Of a stretch of DNA of 64,000 bases, positions 15,301 through 27,549 are shown piece by piece. Under the pieces are notes generated by a model. That model saw nothing but the letters and a program-made list of their open reading frames with translations, did no database searches and had not been told where the DNA came from. The position numbers and the translations under genes are program-made. Each line of letters opens with the position of its first letter. Within the stretch, counting starts at the first letter, position 1. This DNA comes from Gonapodya sp. JEL0774 (Eukaryota). The stretch lies in contig JADIIX010000004.1 in NCBI GenBank assembly GCA_027604505.1, positions 124,001-188,000 on the forward strand, in the 5' to 3' direction.

Positions 15301-16777
15301 GATGTGGACGGATGTGCCGTCAGGCCGGTGCGGGTGGCGGGGTCCGAGTCCGAGTGGGAGTCCGGTTCGAGCAGGGGTTCGAGGGAGGCCATGTCGAGGA
15401 GGAGAAACTTTTGTGCGGCGGAGGTGGCGAGGGGGAGGTCGCGGCGGGGAAGGGCGGAGGTGAGGGTGTGGAGGATGGACTGGGGTGGAGGCCGGCGGGC
15501 ACGGGAAGTGGGGCGGGGTGGCGGTGAGAAGGTCGGAAGGTGGGATGGTGGGATGGGGAGGGCAGGAAAGGGTGGCCAGGAAGGGGTAGAGGTAGAAAAT
15601 AGTGAGCGAAGATGACCGAGGCGAGCTGACGAGCAGAGCCATCACAACCTCCCAACCCATACCCCGCTCCGGCCGACCGCAACCGCACTCCGCACTTCCC
15701 ACTTCTCACCCCCCACTCAAAAATAGTTGAAGCCAAGACAACTTGATAACCCATACTCCGGTCGCTCCCGCTCGGGGCGACCGTGCCACCACTCCGCACT
15801 TCCGATCCCTCCGCCCTCTCCACTCGCCTCTCTTCCCAACCCAACCCACCTCGACCTCCCTCACCCCATCCACGACTTCTCTTGCTCTGGCCACGCGTTC
15901 CCTGGTCCCCTCGAGCCTTGTCACCTGGACTGAGATGCGCTCCGCGAGGGTGGCGGCTTTGGAGACCAGGGCAGAGAGTTGGGAGGAGTGGGTGAGGAGG
16001 GTGGTGAGGGGGGGTCTAAGCGGGGAAGAGGCAGGGGTGTGGGAGAAGGGAAATGGGGGAGCGGGGAGGGGGAGGTGAGGGACTCCAGACACCCCACCAC
16101 ACACGACACACCCCCACACATCACCACTCCAGACCCTCATCCCCCCCAAATCACCCACCCCACCCGGCCCACACTCCCAACCAACCCACCTCACCCCATC
16201 CAACCTCCCGACCTCCCTCTCGACCCCGACCCCCTCTGCCAGAGCCTCCTCCAGCTCCGCCTCGAGGTTTTGCTCCTCCTGGTCGACGAGGGCGAGGAGG
16301 GCGCGGGCGGTGGAGATGGAGGTGAGGGAGCGGATGATGGGGAGGGGGGGGGAGGATTGGGGAGGTTGGGGCGGGGGCTGGGGGTGGGGAGGTGGAGAGA
16401 GAGGGAAGGGGGGGTTGAAAGGGAGAACACGACGCAAGAGGACTTCTGTCCACGCTGCCCGCCTCCACCCGGCAGCCGCCCCTCCACACCCCCCTCCCGC
16501 GAACCGGACTCCAGGTGAATCGCTGAGCACCGTTGTTCTCAACAAGGATGAGTGATGCGCACAAACTCCACGCTCCGCTCGCCCCTCTCCCCTCAAAGAG
16601 CGACAGGAGCGACAAGAACAGCAAGAAACAAGAAATAAAACAAGTTTAAAAAAAAGGGCAGATCAAAAGACGCAAGAATCGCGAAAGCAGGGGGGGGAAG
16701 GGAAGGGGGAAAAGGGAATTGCCGGGGGAAGAAATACGTACGGAAGAGACCGAGAGAGGAGAGAGGGGGACAGGCAT
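12366..16777 (-). CDS. COG4: Conserved oligomeric Golgi complex subunit 4, multi-exon; first exon tentative
   Basis: LFEHVA..LQRECD; ELDGLLNEMAMM; DDVFYVLRKSLQR; RFNQLGAIRFEKDLRSL; spliced C-terminus LALRVDFPVDDIARLRL* resembles the COG4 end. Confidence 0.88.
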
Positions 16778-17581
16778 GGGGGAAGGGAATGGGGAATGGG
16801 GGGCGATGGGGGAGAGCGGGGGATGGGTGGATGGAGGGAACGGAATGGAGTGGAGTTGAGAATCAATTTGATGGTTTTGAATTCTCGTGAAATTCCAAAT
16901 GTGATCGATGGGTCACACAGTCCACAGGCTCCGAGCACGAAACTTGTTCTGCACAAAAACATCGACAGAGAGAACATTCGCTACTAGAGGTGAGTTTCCA
17001 TTTGAAATCGATCGCGTTTGGAGTGTGTTCAACCATTTCAGACCAGGTTGGCCATCGACAACACAACGATCGTGGAAGAAGATTTGTATAGGGCAAGACA
17101 TGTGGTCCACTACTGGAATCAAGCTTTCCCATTAGAAAAGGAAGATCCGGGACTCTGCCCGTCCCAACTTTTCACCGAGACTAGGAGGCCATCAGTTATA
17201 CTGGCTCCAGAACCAATGATGCCGAACACACTCCAGGTCATATCACCATCTGGACATAGCATCTATGGTTCACTCTGTTGTACAGTTATAGTCAATCTTC
17301 ACCTCAAGGGCAGACAAGACAAGACAAGAGAACAAATCCGCAGTTGGAACGGCACAACGATGAATGGCAGGAACAACACGCTCACGCTGTGTATTGGAGA
17401 TTGAAAGCATTCATGCAATTCAGATTCACTTGAACTTCACATCACTTTCATTGTCGTTGCTGGAATTTAATTTGTAATACATAATAATGAAGATTTGGAT
17501 GGTTTTGCTGTGTTTGGTTCGTTCACAGCACTCCCGCACTCCCCACACCCCCACAACCCACCCCCCAGCGACACCGGCCCC

Positions 17582-20500
17582 ATGGGCTCGCTCATCGACC
17601 AGATTAGAAATGTCAAGACAACTGTCTTTGTCGGTCCGTGTTCGATTCCCGCTCTCCCAATCTCTTTCTCTCCCAAGTTCCCGTGTTCCTCCAACTCGCC
17701 CCCTCTTCCTTTGTTTCTCACCTTCCCTCCCCTTGTTTTCCCCTTCTTTTCTTCCTTACTCCCTTCTGACTTCCTTTCTCTCCGTTCCCACACCCCCCCA
17801 CCCCAACCACACCCCCCCTTCCCCCTCCCAAAGGCGGCCTCGACGACCAAGTCACTCCCCACCTCGTCCGCTCGGCCTTCCTCCCCTTCGGCGACATCGC
17901 GGGAATCCACCTGCCACCTGACCCTTCCGGAAAAGCTCCCCACCGTGGTTTCGCTTTCGTCGAGTTCGAACTCGAGGACGACGCAAAGGCCGCCATCGAC
18001 AACATGAACCTCGCAGAGCTCTACGGAAAAGTCCTCAGGTGTAATCTCGCGAGGCCCGGTAAAGGCTACGGCATGGGATCCAACAAGCCGGGTGAGTGGC
18101 CGGAAGCCGGCCTCGCCCAAGCGTCAGCGACGGGCAGAGTCCGCCGGAGGCGATTGAACTTGGCGGTCCATATGGGCCGAATGGGCCCATATGGACCAAT
18201 CGAACCTTTGGACAGCGAGATGGTGCTGGCTTGCCCCCGCCAAGAGGGACTCGTGCGGTCCACAAGGGACCAATTGAGCCCTTTGGCTCGAGGCCATCGA
18301 CTCCTACCAACCATTGCGATTCGAGATTCCAAGCGTCAGCGACGGGCAGAGTCCGCCGGAGGCGATTGAACTTGGCGGTCCATATGGGCCGAATGGGCCC
18401 ATATGGACCAATCGAACCTTTGGACAGCGATATGGTGCTGGCTTGCCCCCGCCAAGAGGGACTCGTGCGGTCCACAAGGGACCAATTGAGCCCTTTGGCT
18501 CGAGGCCATCGACTCCTACCAACCATTGCGATTCGAGATTCCATGTTCACCTGTGTCCTCACATGTGCTCACCTGTCCCCACCCACCCTCCCCACGCACT
18601 CTCACTCCCCAGTCTGGTCCGACGATGCCTACCTCCGAACCCACGTCGCCCAGCTCCCCTCCTCCGACGATCCCGCCGACGCTACCCCACTGGATATGGA
18701 CGCAGCAGACGTGGTGCGGGCACGGGGAGCGACCATTTCGGCGGAACCTACCACCGCCTCGGGGACTGGGACGGGTGCGAGCGAGACGGATCGCGCGGCG
18801 GGCGGGGATGGGGAGGCGGGGACGGTGGCTGAGGAGGAGGAGGAGAAGAAGGGGGGGCAGAAAAGAGCGAGGAGGAGGGAGGGGTTGCCGAGGTGGGTTT
18901 TAGGCGGTTGGGGTGGGAGGTGTGGGTCGGGAATGGTGGTGTGTCGGGAGTGGTGGTGTGTCGCGACGCGTCCAGTTTGGTGCCATGGAGTACGTGCACT
19001 CGAGTACGAGATGTTTCAAAACTGGACAAGCCTTCTTGAGCACCGGACCATGGTATCATCCCCACCAAGTGTGGGTCAGGTGTGGTGCTGTGTGGTGGTG
19101 TGTTGGAGGTGGTCGTGTGTCGTGACGTGTCCAGTTTGGTGCTCTGGAGTACGTCCACGAGGGTCACACCGGTGTTTCAAGTCCGCACAATGAAGCCCTC
19201 CTATCCCCCGTCCACGCCCACCCGAGTACGTCCGGACCCATCACCACCGAGTCAGTCCGGGCGCCACGGGTCGTGGTCACTTCCTCATGTGTCTGTGTGT
19301 GTGCGAGTGTCTTTGGCAGCTTCTTGTACCGCGGTGGCGGTGGCGGCGATGGGCCATCGGGTATTTCCCATACTCACCCGCACCAACCACGTCCCATACC
19401 ATAACACTGACACTCTTCCCTTCCCCCCTTACCCCTTCCCCCTTCCGCCCATCCAACCCCACACCGCAACTCCGAACTGAACCTTGCCTCCCCCGCCTGG
19501 CCTCCCCAGAGTCTACTTCGACATCTCCATCGGCGGGAAACCTGCGGGGCGGTTAGGTGAGTTACCTGTGGCGGACGGTATGTGGTGGTGTGGTGTGGTG
19601 TGGGTCGTGGGTCAGTCGTGGTTCGACGGGCGGTGTGGGCGAGGGGATGCATGAGGGGAAGGAGGGGAGAAGCTGCGTTGTGGTTGTATTGTGTAAAGGG
19701 TGGTGGATCCGACACATGGTTCCCGTTCCGTTCCCGATACGCCTCTCGCCCTCTCCCCCGGGGTTCCTACCACAATCCATCCCACCTTCCACGCACTCCC
19801 GCTGACCGCTTTCCTCTCTTCCCCGCTCAGAAATGGTCCTTCGATCCGACATCGTGCCCCGCACGGCGGAGAACTTCAGGTCGGTTGTGCTCGCCCCCGA
19901 ACGCCGCGAAAACTCCAGTGGGCGAACGAAGGGTACTCAAATCGCTCTTTTGCATTTTTGTGGTGTGATGACAGGGCACTGTGTACTGGGGAGCGAGGGT
20001 TTGGGTTCAAGGGGAGTCACTTTCATCGGATTATTCCTGTGAGGTTTGGGGAAACCTTCCGGTTTAACCTTAAGCGAATGAATAACCTTCTCACCCATCC
20101 TTACTTCCGTCTCTCCTCCGTTTACGGTCCCGCTGCCACCACCAGCAATTCATGTGCCAAGGCGGCGACTTCACCCACGGCAACGGCACGGGAGGCAAGT
20201 CCATCTACGGTGGCAAGTTCGACGACGAGAACTTTGCACTCAAGCATACGCAACCGTTTTTGTTGAGTATGGCCAACGCAGGGGCGAATACGAATGGTGC
20301 GTATGCGTATGCCATGCTATATGCCCACGTCGCCGTCGCTGGTGGTCGGAGTGGCGGTGGTGGGATCGGTTGACCGCCGTGGAGAAGTTCTGGTGTGTGC
20401 TGATGGGACGGTGGTATGTTCTCGTGTGCTCCACAGGGTCGCAGTTTTTCATCACCACTGCCAAGACGGATTGGCTCGACAACAAGCACGTGGTGTTTGG

Positions 20501-20726
20501 ATCAGTTACGGCGGGACAGGATTTGGTCAGGAGAATGGAAAAGTGTGGGTCGCAGAGGTGAGTTGGGTTTGGTTGCTTGGCGTCGTTTGGGGCGTGTGTT
20601 GGTGACTGGGGCTGGGGTTGTGTCGCTGATCCGAACTTGTACGTCCCCCTTCTCCCTTCCTCTCCTCAAACTAGCGGGAAGGTGTCACAAAAGGTGACTA
20701 TTACCGATAGTGGAGAGCTTGAATGA
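17582..20726 (+). CDS. PPIE: Cyclophilin E (RRM + cyclophilin PPIase; Cyp33), multi-exon
   Basis: [137 protein letters not shown]. Confidence 0.95.
18117..18543. repeat. Tandem repeat of 2 x 212 bp inside a PPIE intron; each unit has a 14-bp perfect hairpin
   Basis: Units start at 18117 and 18329 (ccaagcgtcagcgacggg...); I found one mismatch (cagcgaGatgg vs cagcgaTatgg); hairpin ggtccatatgggcc-gaatg-ggcccatatggacc. Confidence 0.95.
18934..19181. repeat. Degenerate direct repeat (about 85 bp, period about 160 bp) in a PPIE intron
   Basis: gtgtcgcgacgcgtccagtttggtgccatggagtacgtgcac..tgtttcaa vs gtgtcgtgacgtgtccagtttggtgctctggagtacgtccac..tgtttcaa. Confidence 0.8.
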
Positions 20727-21101
20727 CGAGTTTGCTGGTGTGGTGGTTGGGGTGGTGTCCGAAGGCACAAGTTGTTTCATTCCATCTGCGCATTACCCTG
20801 TTCACACGGTCTGTTGAGCGGTACAATATATAATGTATATACCCTGTCTGTATCGAAAATTTGATAGCGCTACAATTCTTGACGAGTGACGGATTTTGTC
20901 GCAGGATTTATCCTCCCTGGTACTCTGGAACCACAAAAAGAGTTACAAAAGTTGCAAAGAAGGAGAAACCCGTATCTCTTCGAATCTACCACAATCTGAC
21001 CTTGGAAATGTTCTGTGACTCAACTGGTTTGGGGTAGCTTTTTTGGCTGAGCAGCAACACTTTTAGCACACCGCGGATTCGTTCCCCATCCCTCACTACC
21101 C

Positions 21102-21834
21102 ATGAGCCGTTTCTTGTCTCTCGGCCGCCGCACATTCGCGTCAAAGGCATTGATGCCTACCCGCAGGATCCTGCCCGAGGAGGAGGCGCACGCCCACCAT
21201 GCAGTCTGTGAGTTTTGAGGAAAACAGCAAGGGAGAAGACCAAAACACGATTGAACAGAGGGGGCACCAAGCGAGAGAAACTACCGTCACTCTACCCGCC
21301 GATTCTTATCGATGCCTTCCAATCCGTTCCCCCGTGTGCCTGTTCTCCTCGTCGTGGTTCCGTTCCCCACTGGTTGAAAAACAGCCGGGGAGACTCTCTG
21401 GTACCGCGTTTCCATCTTCGCGGTCATCCCTGCCCTCATCGGTGCCGCTGTGTATGTCTACGGCAAAGAAGCCGAGCACATGCACCACTTGGACGAGCAC
21501 CCGCCCGAGTATGTCGCCTGGCCGCACCTAAGGATCCGGAAGAAGGTGGGTTGGAGAGAGTTGGCAATGTATATCGGCACTGCGTTGGCGAATGATGCAA
21601 TTAAACTGTTTCCATGTTGGATTGTATTGCATCGTGTTCGTACGACGTGCTGGTTTGGTCGTGGTAGGAGTTCCCCTGGGGCAACGAGAGTCTGTTCCGC
21701 CACCCCGTCTACAACCCCTCCCCCGACGGTGAGTCTCGCCTTGTTTTGAATTTCATTGATGCGACACCAGCGACTCATCGAGGGTTCAATGGCTCGTCGT
21801 TTAAACAACAGATCCCCCCAAAGAGGAACACTAA
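21102..21834 (+). CDS. COX13: Cytochrome c oxidase subunit 6A, 4 exons
   Basis: Mitochondrial presequence; [62 protein letters not shown]. Confidence 0.9.
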
Positions 21835-22483
21835 ACAATGTGTACGGGAAACGTCTGTGTATAGGATGCGAGTTTCTGGGAGGGAGTGATGCACAGTTCT
21901 AGGTGTAGTCATGGATTCTCTAAGCTCAATATATTCGGTGGTGAATATTCCATGCCATGGTGGTTCCAGTTGGTTGAGAGCCGGCGTATCCATTTCACAG
22001 CTCTTGTAAATGTTTATTGCGAAAACACGCTAAGTACCGTGCATCAGACAGTGAACTCACAAACGATCAAAATGTTCTGAAATCTATGTTACCACCTGAC
22101 TCAACCTCTCCACACACAATCCGCCATCTGCCCCCCGTCATGGTCACCACATATAAACAATCATGAAATTTTCTCACCCAGACACTTTGCATATACCAGG
22201 GGCTGGGAATGACAGGTCGAGGAGATACCCCGAGTCACAAACATACCTGCGATGACATTAAGATAATGTGGTGGTGGATCAGAGTGGAACCCCGGTCGGG
22301 CACCAGAAAATGAGTCTTTAGCTCACCAACACGTGTTGTCACTTAGTCGGTACAGGCCAAGATGACCATGAAGGTCAGGAGTTGAGCCGCCAGCACTGAA
22401 GCGTAATCGATGGGGGAGGGGGGCAGGGGGTGTTTGCAAGGGGTGAGAGGATGTTTGAAAACCAAGCCAGATTCAGATTCGGT

Positions 22484-23400
22484 TAGAACCAATTAATGGT
22501 GGTTAATGATGGCTGGGGTGTACGGTCATTCCGGAAACTGCCTCCCGCGATATGTGGACAGAACCCAAGACAGTTCTCCGGCGACGGGATCCTTCGTTCC
22601 CCCCGCCTCCACAATACATAGAAATTCACCAACCAGCCAGCAGACTCTGTTTTCCGATGTTTCAGAAACTCACCATTGTCCCATCCCCGGATGTATCTCC
22701 GCCGTCACCACGGGCATCCAGAAGTAAACATTCGCCAATATTGAGAAGAACACGACCGAAACGCCCAGCGCCAGCACTAGCCATTTAAATTTCGGGTCTA
22801 GATCACCAAGGCGGTACCACCGTACAAGTTGCTGTATTCACGGAAGAGCATCACCCAGTTGCGAGTTACGGACAGAGCTAAGAGAGGGGTGACGGGGATA
22901 CTCACTACCTCGCAGAGAGTCAAAACTATGAGCCCGCCTCCGAAGAAAAAGTTGGCGGCAGTTTTATAGGTGTTAACCCTGGTTTGCATAGAATGGTCAT
23001 GGCGCACAGGACGAATGGCAGAACGCATAAGAATTCATTCAGTTCCCGGCGACAGGTTCAGGCCAGCCAAGAGGTATCACAAAACACACCACGAAAAGAT
23101 GACGGTTAGCTGGAAGTTTGGAGGGGGTAGGCGGGCGCGGTATGATTGAAGTAACGATACTCCGAGAGCCTTCTCGATGAACTCCCCGCCTAACCTTTGT
23201 CAAGACTCACAGCAACAAATCCTACTACGACCGCCGAAACAATGTTCTCCGTTTGTTTGTCCTACGGCACGAATGTTCACGTCGTCCGAATCAGCCATTT
23301 GGAGAAGTAATTCAAAGAGTTTGAGACAGAGGGCAAACAAGAACGTGCGATGATTGAACAGTACCCTGCGGGACACATCGCCAAAGAGTGGTTCGTCCAT
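22484..23400 (-). CDS. TMEM243: TMEM243-like small membrane protein, several short exons; 3' end uncertain
   Basis: Spliced MDEPLFGDVSRR|DKQTENIVSAVVVGFVA|..ANFFFGGGLIVLTLCE|QLVRWYRLGDLDPKFKWLV..LANVYF; matches the PLFG and WYRxGDLxPKF motifs I recall for TMEM243. Confidence 0.78.
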
Positions 23401-23550
23401 GGTGAGGATTCTAGCGGGTCCTAATGCGTTTGTAGAAAGTGGTGAGAATGCAGGCAACGCACTGGAAGCTGGCATCCGTCATCATTCAACCGACGCCAAG
23501 TAGTAAAATGAACAACATTCGATTAGACTGTCAATTGTACTAGACATAAA

Positions 23551-24840
23551 CTACAATTTCGCTGTTCCTGCTGCTCTTGGGAGCATGCTCCATTTGTCTC
23601 CCAGCTCCGACTCCATTCTACATTTAACCTCCTTCCCAAGCACCGTCCTAGACTGCCTCTGAAAGCAAATGAGAGTTCCGTCCGGCGCCCAAATGGTTGA
23701 ATCCCAAAACTCGGTGTGGCCCGCCTCGTCAACGGGGGTAGAAGAGCTTGCACCAGGGAGTGTATCCGCTGGGACATCTCCAGCCGGTCTACTGGATATG
23801 TAGAAGAGGAAGGTCGTGTCCGGGGGAAAGGGTTTATAAAAGTGCACAGTGAGGGAGGAAGTGACCGAAGGGATTGATGGCCCTACATCCATTCGAAGAA
23901 CGGACGAAATGGGAACGTTGTCGCAGAAGAATGCAGCGGACTTAAATGGGTGGAGGATCCAATGTTGAGATCCAGTTGAAGAGATTGTGGAGTTTTCATG
24001 TCAGATTCAGGTACCACGTGTTTCACTCCGCTACAGGGCGCTCACCAGCACGTCCATGGGGCGGTCATCCCTATGTGCCAAAATGTAAGGCATGCTGTCC
24101 AAAGTTTCCCAGTTTTCTGTTCTCACGGCTTTAACACCAGCCTGCACCTTGGCCTTTGAGTGCGCAACCGCTTCCTTGGAGTGCAACACTTTGACATACC
24201 GATACCTTCGGTTCAAGTCTGGCTGTCGTGGTAATCCACTAACCCTCGCTACCAAGTCTTCGACACCGTCCTCCGGCCTTTTGAGGGAAGGTGTAGTGGC
24301 AAGCATTTTTGAAAGGTGGAAGCGTTCCGACACGTGGTGGCCAATAGCTTTCGATGGTTTGGAGGGCGCAATTGTGCCACACAGGGACTGCGAGAGTACG
24401 GAAGGCCGGGTTGGCGTTTTTGTTGGCGTTAAGGAGGCTCGAACGAAGGCAAGCCTGCGGGTACTCCGAACAACATCCACAAGAATTTCTTCGTAGCGAC
24501 AACATACGACGGCATCAAGACATGCAAGCATGAGAAAATTAAAACCAATCCTAATTACAAGGCAGTTTCACTCACCGACTTCGTCCCCTCCAACCACCCC
24601 GGAAACCACATCAACCGTAAGAGACAGAATATGTGGGTAGCCTTGACCGTTGACGACTTGAAGGATTGCTTTAGCCATCACTGCTGTGAGATAGCCCCCG
24701 TACGTGAAAGCACCGCCAACGCCAGCAAACGCCATTTCCTTCGGAGCGATGATTCGGAACACGGATTTGGAGGGATCGGTGCTGGGCGATGGAACCGGCG
24801 TGAGAACCAACAAAGAGTCGAACGAAGGAGTCGATTGCAT
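23551..24840 (-). CDS. Double-hotdog thioesterase-like protein, multi-exon
   Basis: FTYGGYLTAVMAKAI..PHILSLTVD; VDVVRSTRRLAFVRASL; SVTSSLTVHF; DSTIWAPDGTLICFQRQSR. Confidence 0.75.
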
Positions 24841-25018
24841 GGTGATGATTTGTTTCCTGAATATCTGAACGTCTCTGAAGTGGAGGTAACAGGAGCGCGA
24901 ATAGGTTAACTCAAATATACCAACGGATAATCCCTGTGGTTCCGATATTTGCACCCCGACCGCGGACATGTCAAACCGCTGCCCCACACCTTTTGGCCTT
25001 GATCCGACCCATCCTGCC

Positions 25019-27405
25019 ATGTCATCCGAAAGCGTCCGCGTGTGCGTACGATGTCGACCATTCTCTCAAAGAGAACTTGCAGACGGCCATTCAAACATCG
25101 CGTCATTGGATGGGAACGCCGCTTCTGTGACAATCAGAGACCCGACAGCTCGCACAAGTGACGACATGGGAAAGAAGACATTCACGTTTGATGCCGTGTT
25201 TGGCGAGGACTCACAGCAAATGAGCGTGTACAATGCTACGGCGAGGCCGATTGTGGACTCTGTGCTTGACGGGTACAACGGAACTGTGTTTGCGTACGGA
25301 CAGGTGAGACACACATGAGAATTTATTTTCTGAGAGCTGAATCTTGGGACAGCAGCTCTGTGCCCCTGGACACAACTGTGTCATTCTGATGTTCTTGGTG
25401 ATACACTCACTCCCCAGACTGGTACTGGCAAAACCTTCTCGATGGAGGGTGTTCGAACCACACCGCATCTTCGAGGCATCATTCCTAACGCTTTTGAGCA
25501 TATCTTTGCCCATATCACCTCCGCACCACCATCCACCAGGTATCTGGTCCGTGCCTCCGCTCTGGAGATTTACAATGAGGACATCCGTGACCTACTCAAC
25601 CCCAAAGCCGGAGCAGGGAAACTCGAAATCAAGGAACACTCGGACACTGGTGTGTACGTCCGGGACCTTTCCACATTTGTCGTCAAGGACGTAAATGAAA
25701 TCGACAAGCTCCTCAACATTGCCAACAAGAACCGGTCTGTCGGAGCAACCGCCATGAATGAGCGCTCGTCCCGTTCCCACTCCATTTTCTCCGTCACAGT
25801 GGAGCGCTCCGACGTCGAACAGGATGGCTCTGAACACATTCGTGTCGGAAAACTTCACCTGGTTGATCTCGCGGGGTCGGAGCGACAGTCGAAAACCCAA
25901 GCCTCGGGCGATCGGCTCAAGGAAGCTACAAAGATCAACCTTTCTCTTTCGGCCCTGGGAAATGTCATTTCGTCGCTTGTAGACGGAAAATCTTCTCATG
26001 TGCCTTATCGTGACTCGAAGCTCACCCGGTTGCTGCAGGACAGCTTGGGTGGATCGGCCAAGACGGTCATGTTGGCCACCATGAGCCCTGCGTCCTACAA
26101 CTACGAGGAGACCATAAGTACGCTGAGATATGCTAATCGCGCAAAGAACATCAAGAACAAACCAAAGATCAATGAAGATCCAAAGGTGAGCTTTTCTACC
26201 CGGTTCTCCCTCCCCACGAAAGCACATGATTCCAAGCATTTTCCCACGACTGGCGCCGATACTTTCCAACAAAGGACGCTATGCTCCGCCAATTCCAAGA
26301 GGAAATCCTCAAGCTCAAACAGCAACTCGAGGCCATCGGACCCGATTGTGCCCAGGAGCCTCGCATCATTGAAGAGGTGGTGGAGCAGGTGGTGGAAGAG
26401 TCGGATTCCGATCCTGGGGAAGGAGCCGAGGACGGTGATAAAATGAATGCAAAACAACAGACCATGCGGTCTGCAACTCAGAAACGCAAGTCGCGACCGT
26501 CTGCGGCAAAGCCTAAAAGTTCGTCGGGAACAACAGACCCGGTCATCGCCTCCGCAATCGACACGGAGCGGACACAAAAGAGTCAGCTCGAGCAACAGCT
26601 CGCTCTCCTTCAATCCAAACTCCTCCGTGGCGGCGTGTCTATTCTAGACACTTCCCGGGTGCAAGCTCAACAAATCGCTGTTCAGGAGGCGGAGATGGAG
26701 AAACGACGGGAAAGACAAAGAGAGCTGGAGCGGAAGGTGATGGACAGAGAACGGGACGTGATGCGCGTAGAAGAGGAGTATGCGAGCCTTCAGGAGGAGC
26801 GGGACGCCAAGACCAAAAAAATTGCCGCTTTGTGGAAAGTGCTGCAGGATTTGAGGGGCCAGACAAGAGATCGAAGGGAACAGTGGGCACGCGAGCGAGA
26901 TGAGCTGGAGGAGCAAGTGAGGCAGTTGCGGAGAGAGAACGCGCTGAGGGACTTAGTCCTCGACATGTGTGTGGACAGTTCTGACCTCGACGCTGTTCGG
27001 AGCGCGGCAGCGTGGGACGAAGAGCGAGGCGGGTGGCGTATTCGTGGGCAAAAGTTTTCGGGGAATAATTTGCGGGGCAATACTTTGGGCTTTGGCGTTG
27101 GAGGTGGGGGTTTGGTGGGGTCGAACCACCTCGTGGACGACGTCGAAGTGTGGGATCCTGCATGCGTGTTCAAGGATGTGTACCTCACGTACGAGTCACT
27201 AGAGAGAGAAAATGTGTCACCGGCTGCGAGATCCGCTTCACGATCTTCAGGTGCTAGTGGATCGGGGAGTAGAAAAGTGTCCTTCTCGGGTAGTGAAGGG
27301 AGGAAGAGCTCGTTCGGAAAACCAAAGAACTCATCGACAAACGAACCAGCAGTTGAAGTACCAAAAGCGAGGGGTTTAGTGGAGACAAAGAGACATTATG
27401 CATAG
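25019..27405 (+). CDS. KIF3A: Kinesin-2 motor subunit (KIF3A-like, anterograde intraflagellar transport), 3 exons
   Basis: [101 protein letters not shown]. Confidence 0.9.
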
Positions 27406-27549
27406 AACTACTGGCATCACAGGACATCATGTACATTCGATTTGAGAGCGGACCTCATTACAGTCTCTCAAACAAACCACGCTGCATAAAATCAAGAACA
27501 GATACCATATGAGCGAGACGTGCGTCCGCAAGGTATCCTTCTTTTTCAA

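Noticed and set aside
18117..18543. CRISPR-like array or hammerhead retrozyme interpretation of the tandem repeat
   Set aside because: No unique spacers, no cas genes, eukaryotic context, and no CUGANGA/GAAA core seen on either strand
13990..19200. Long Pro/Gly/Arg-rich ORFs (570, 365, 296 and 282 aa) on both strands
   Set aside because: Artefacts of stop-poor G/C-skewed sequence reading through introns; the real coding parts are COG4 and PPIE exons
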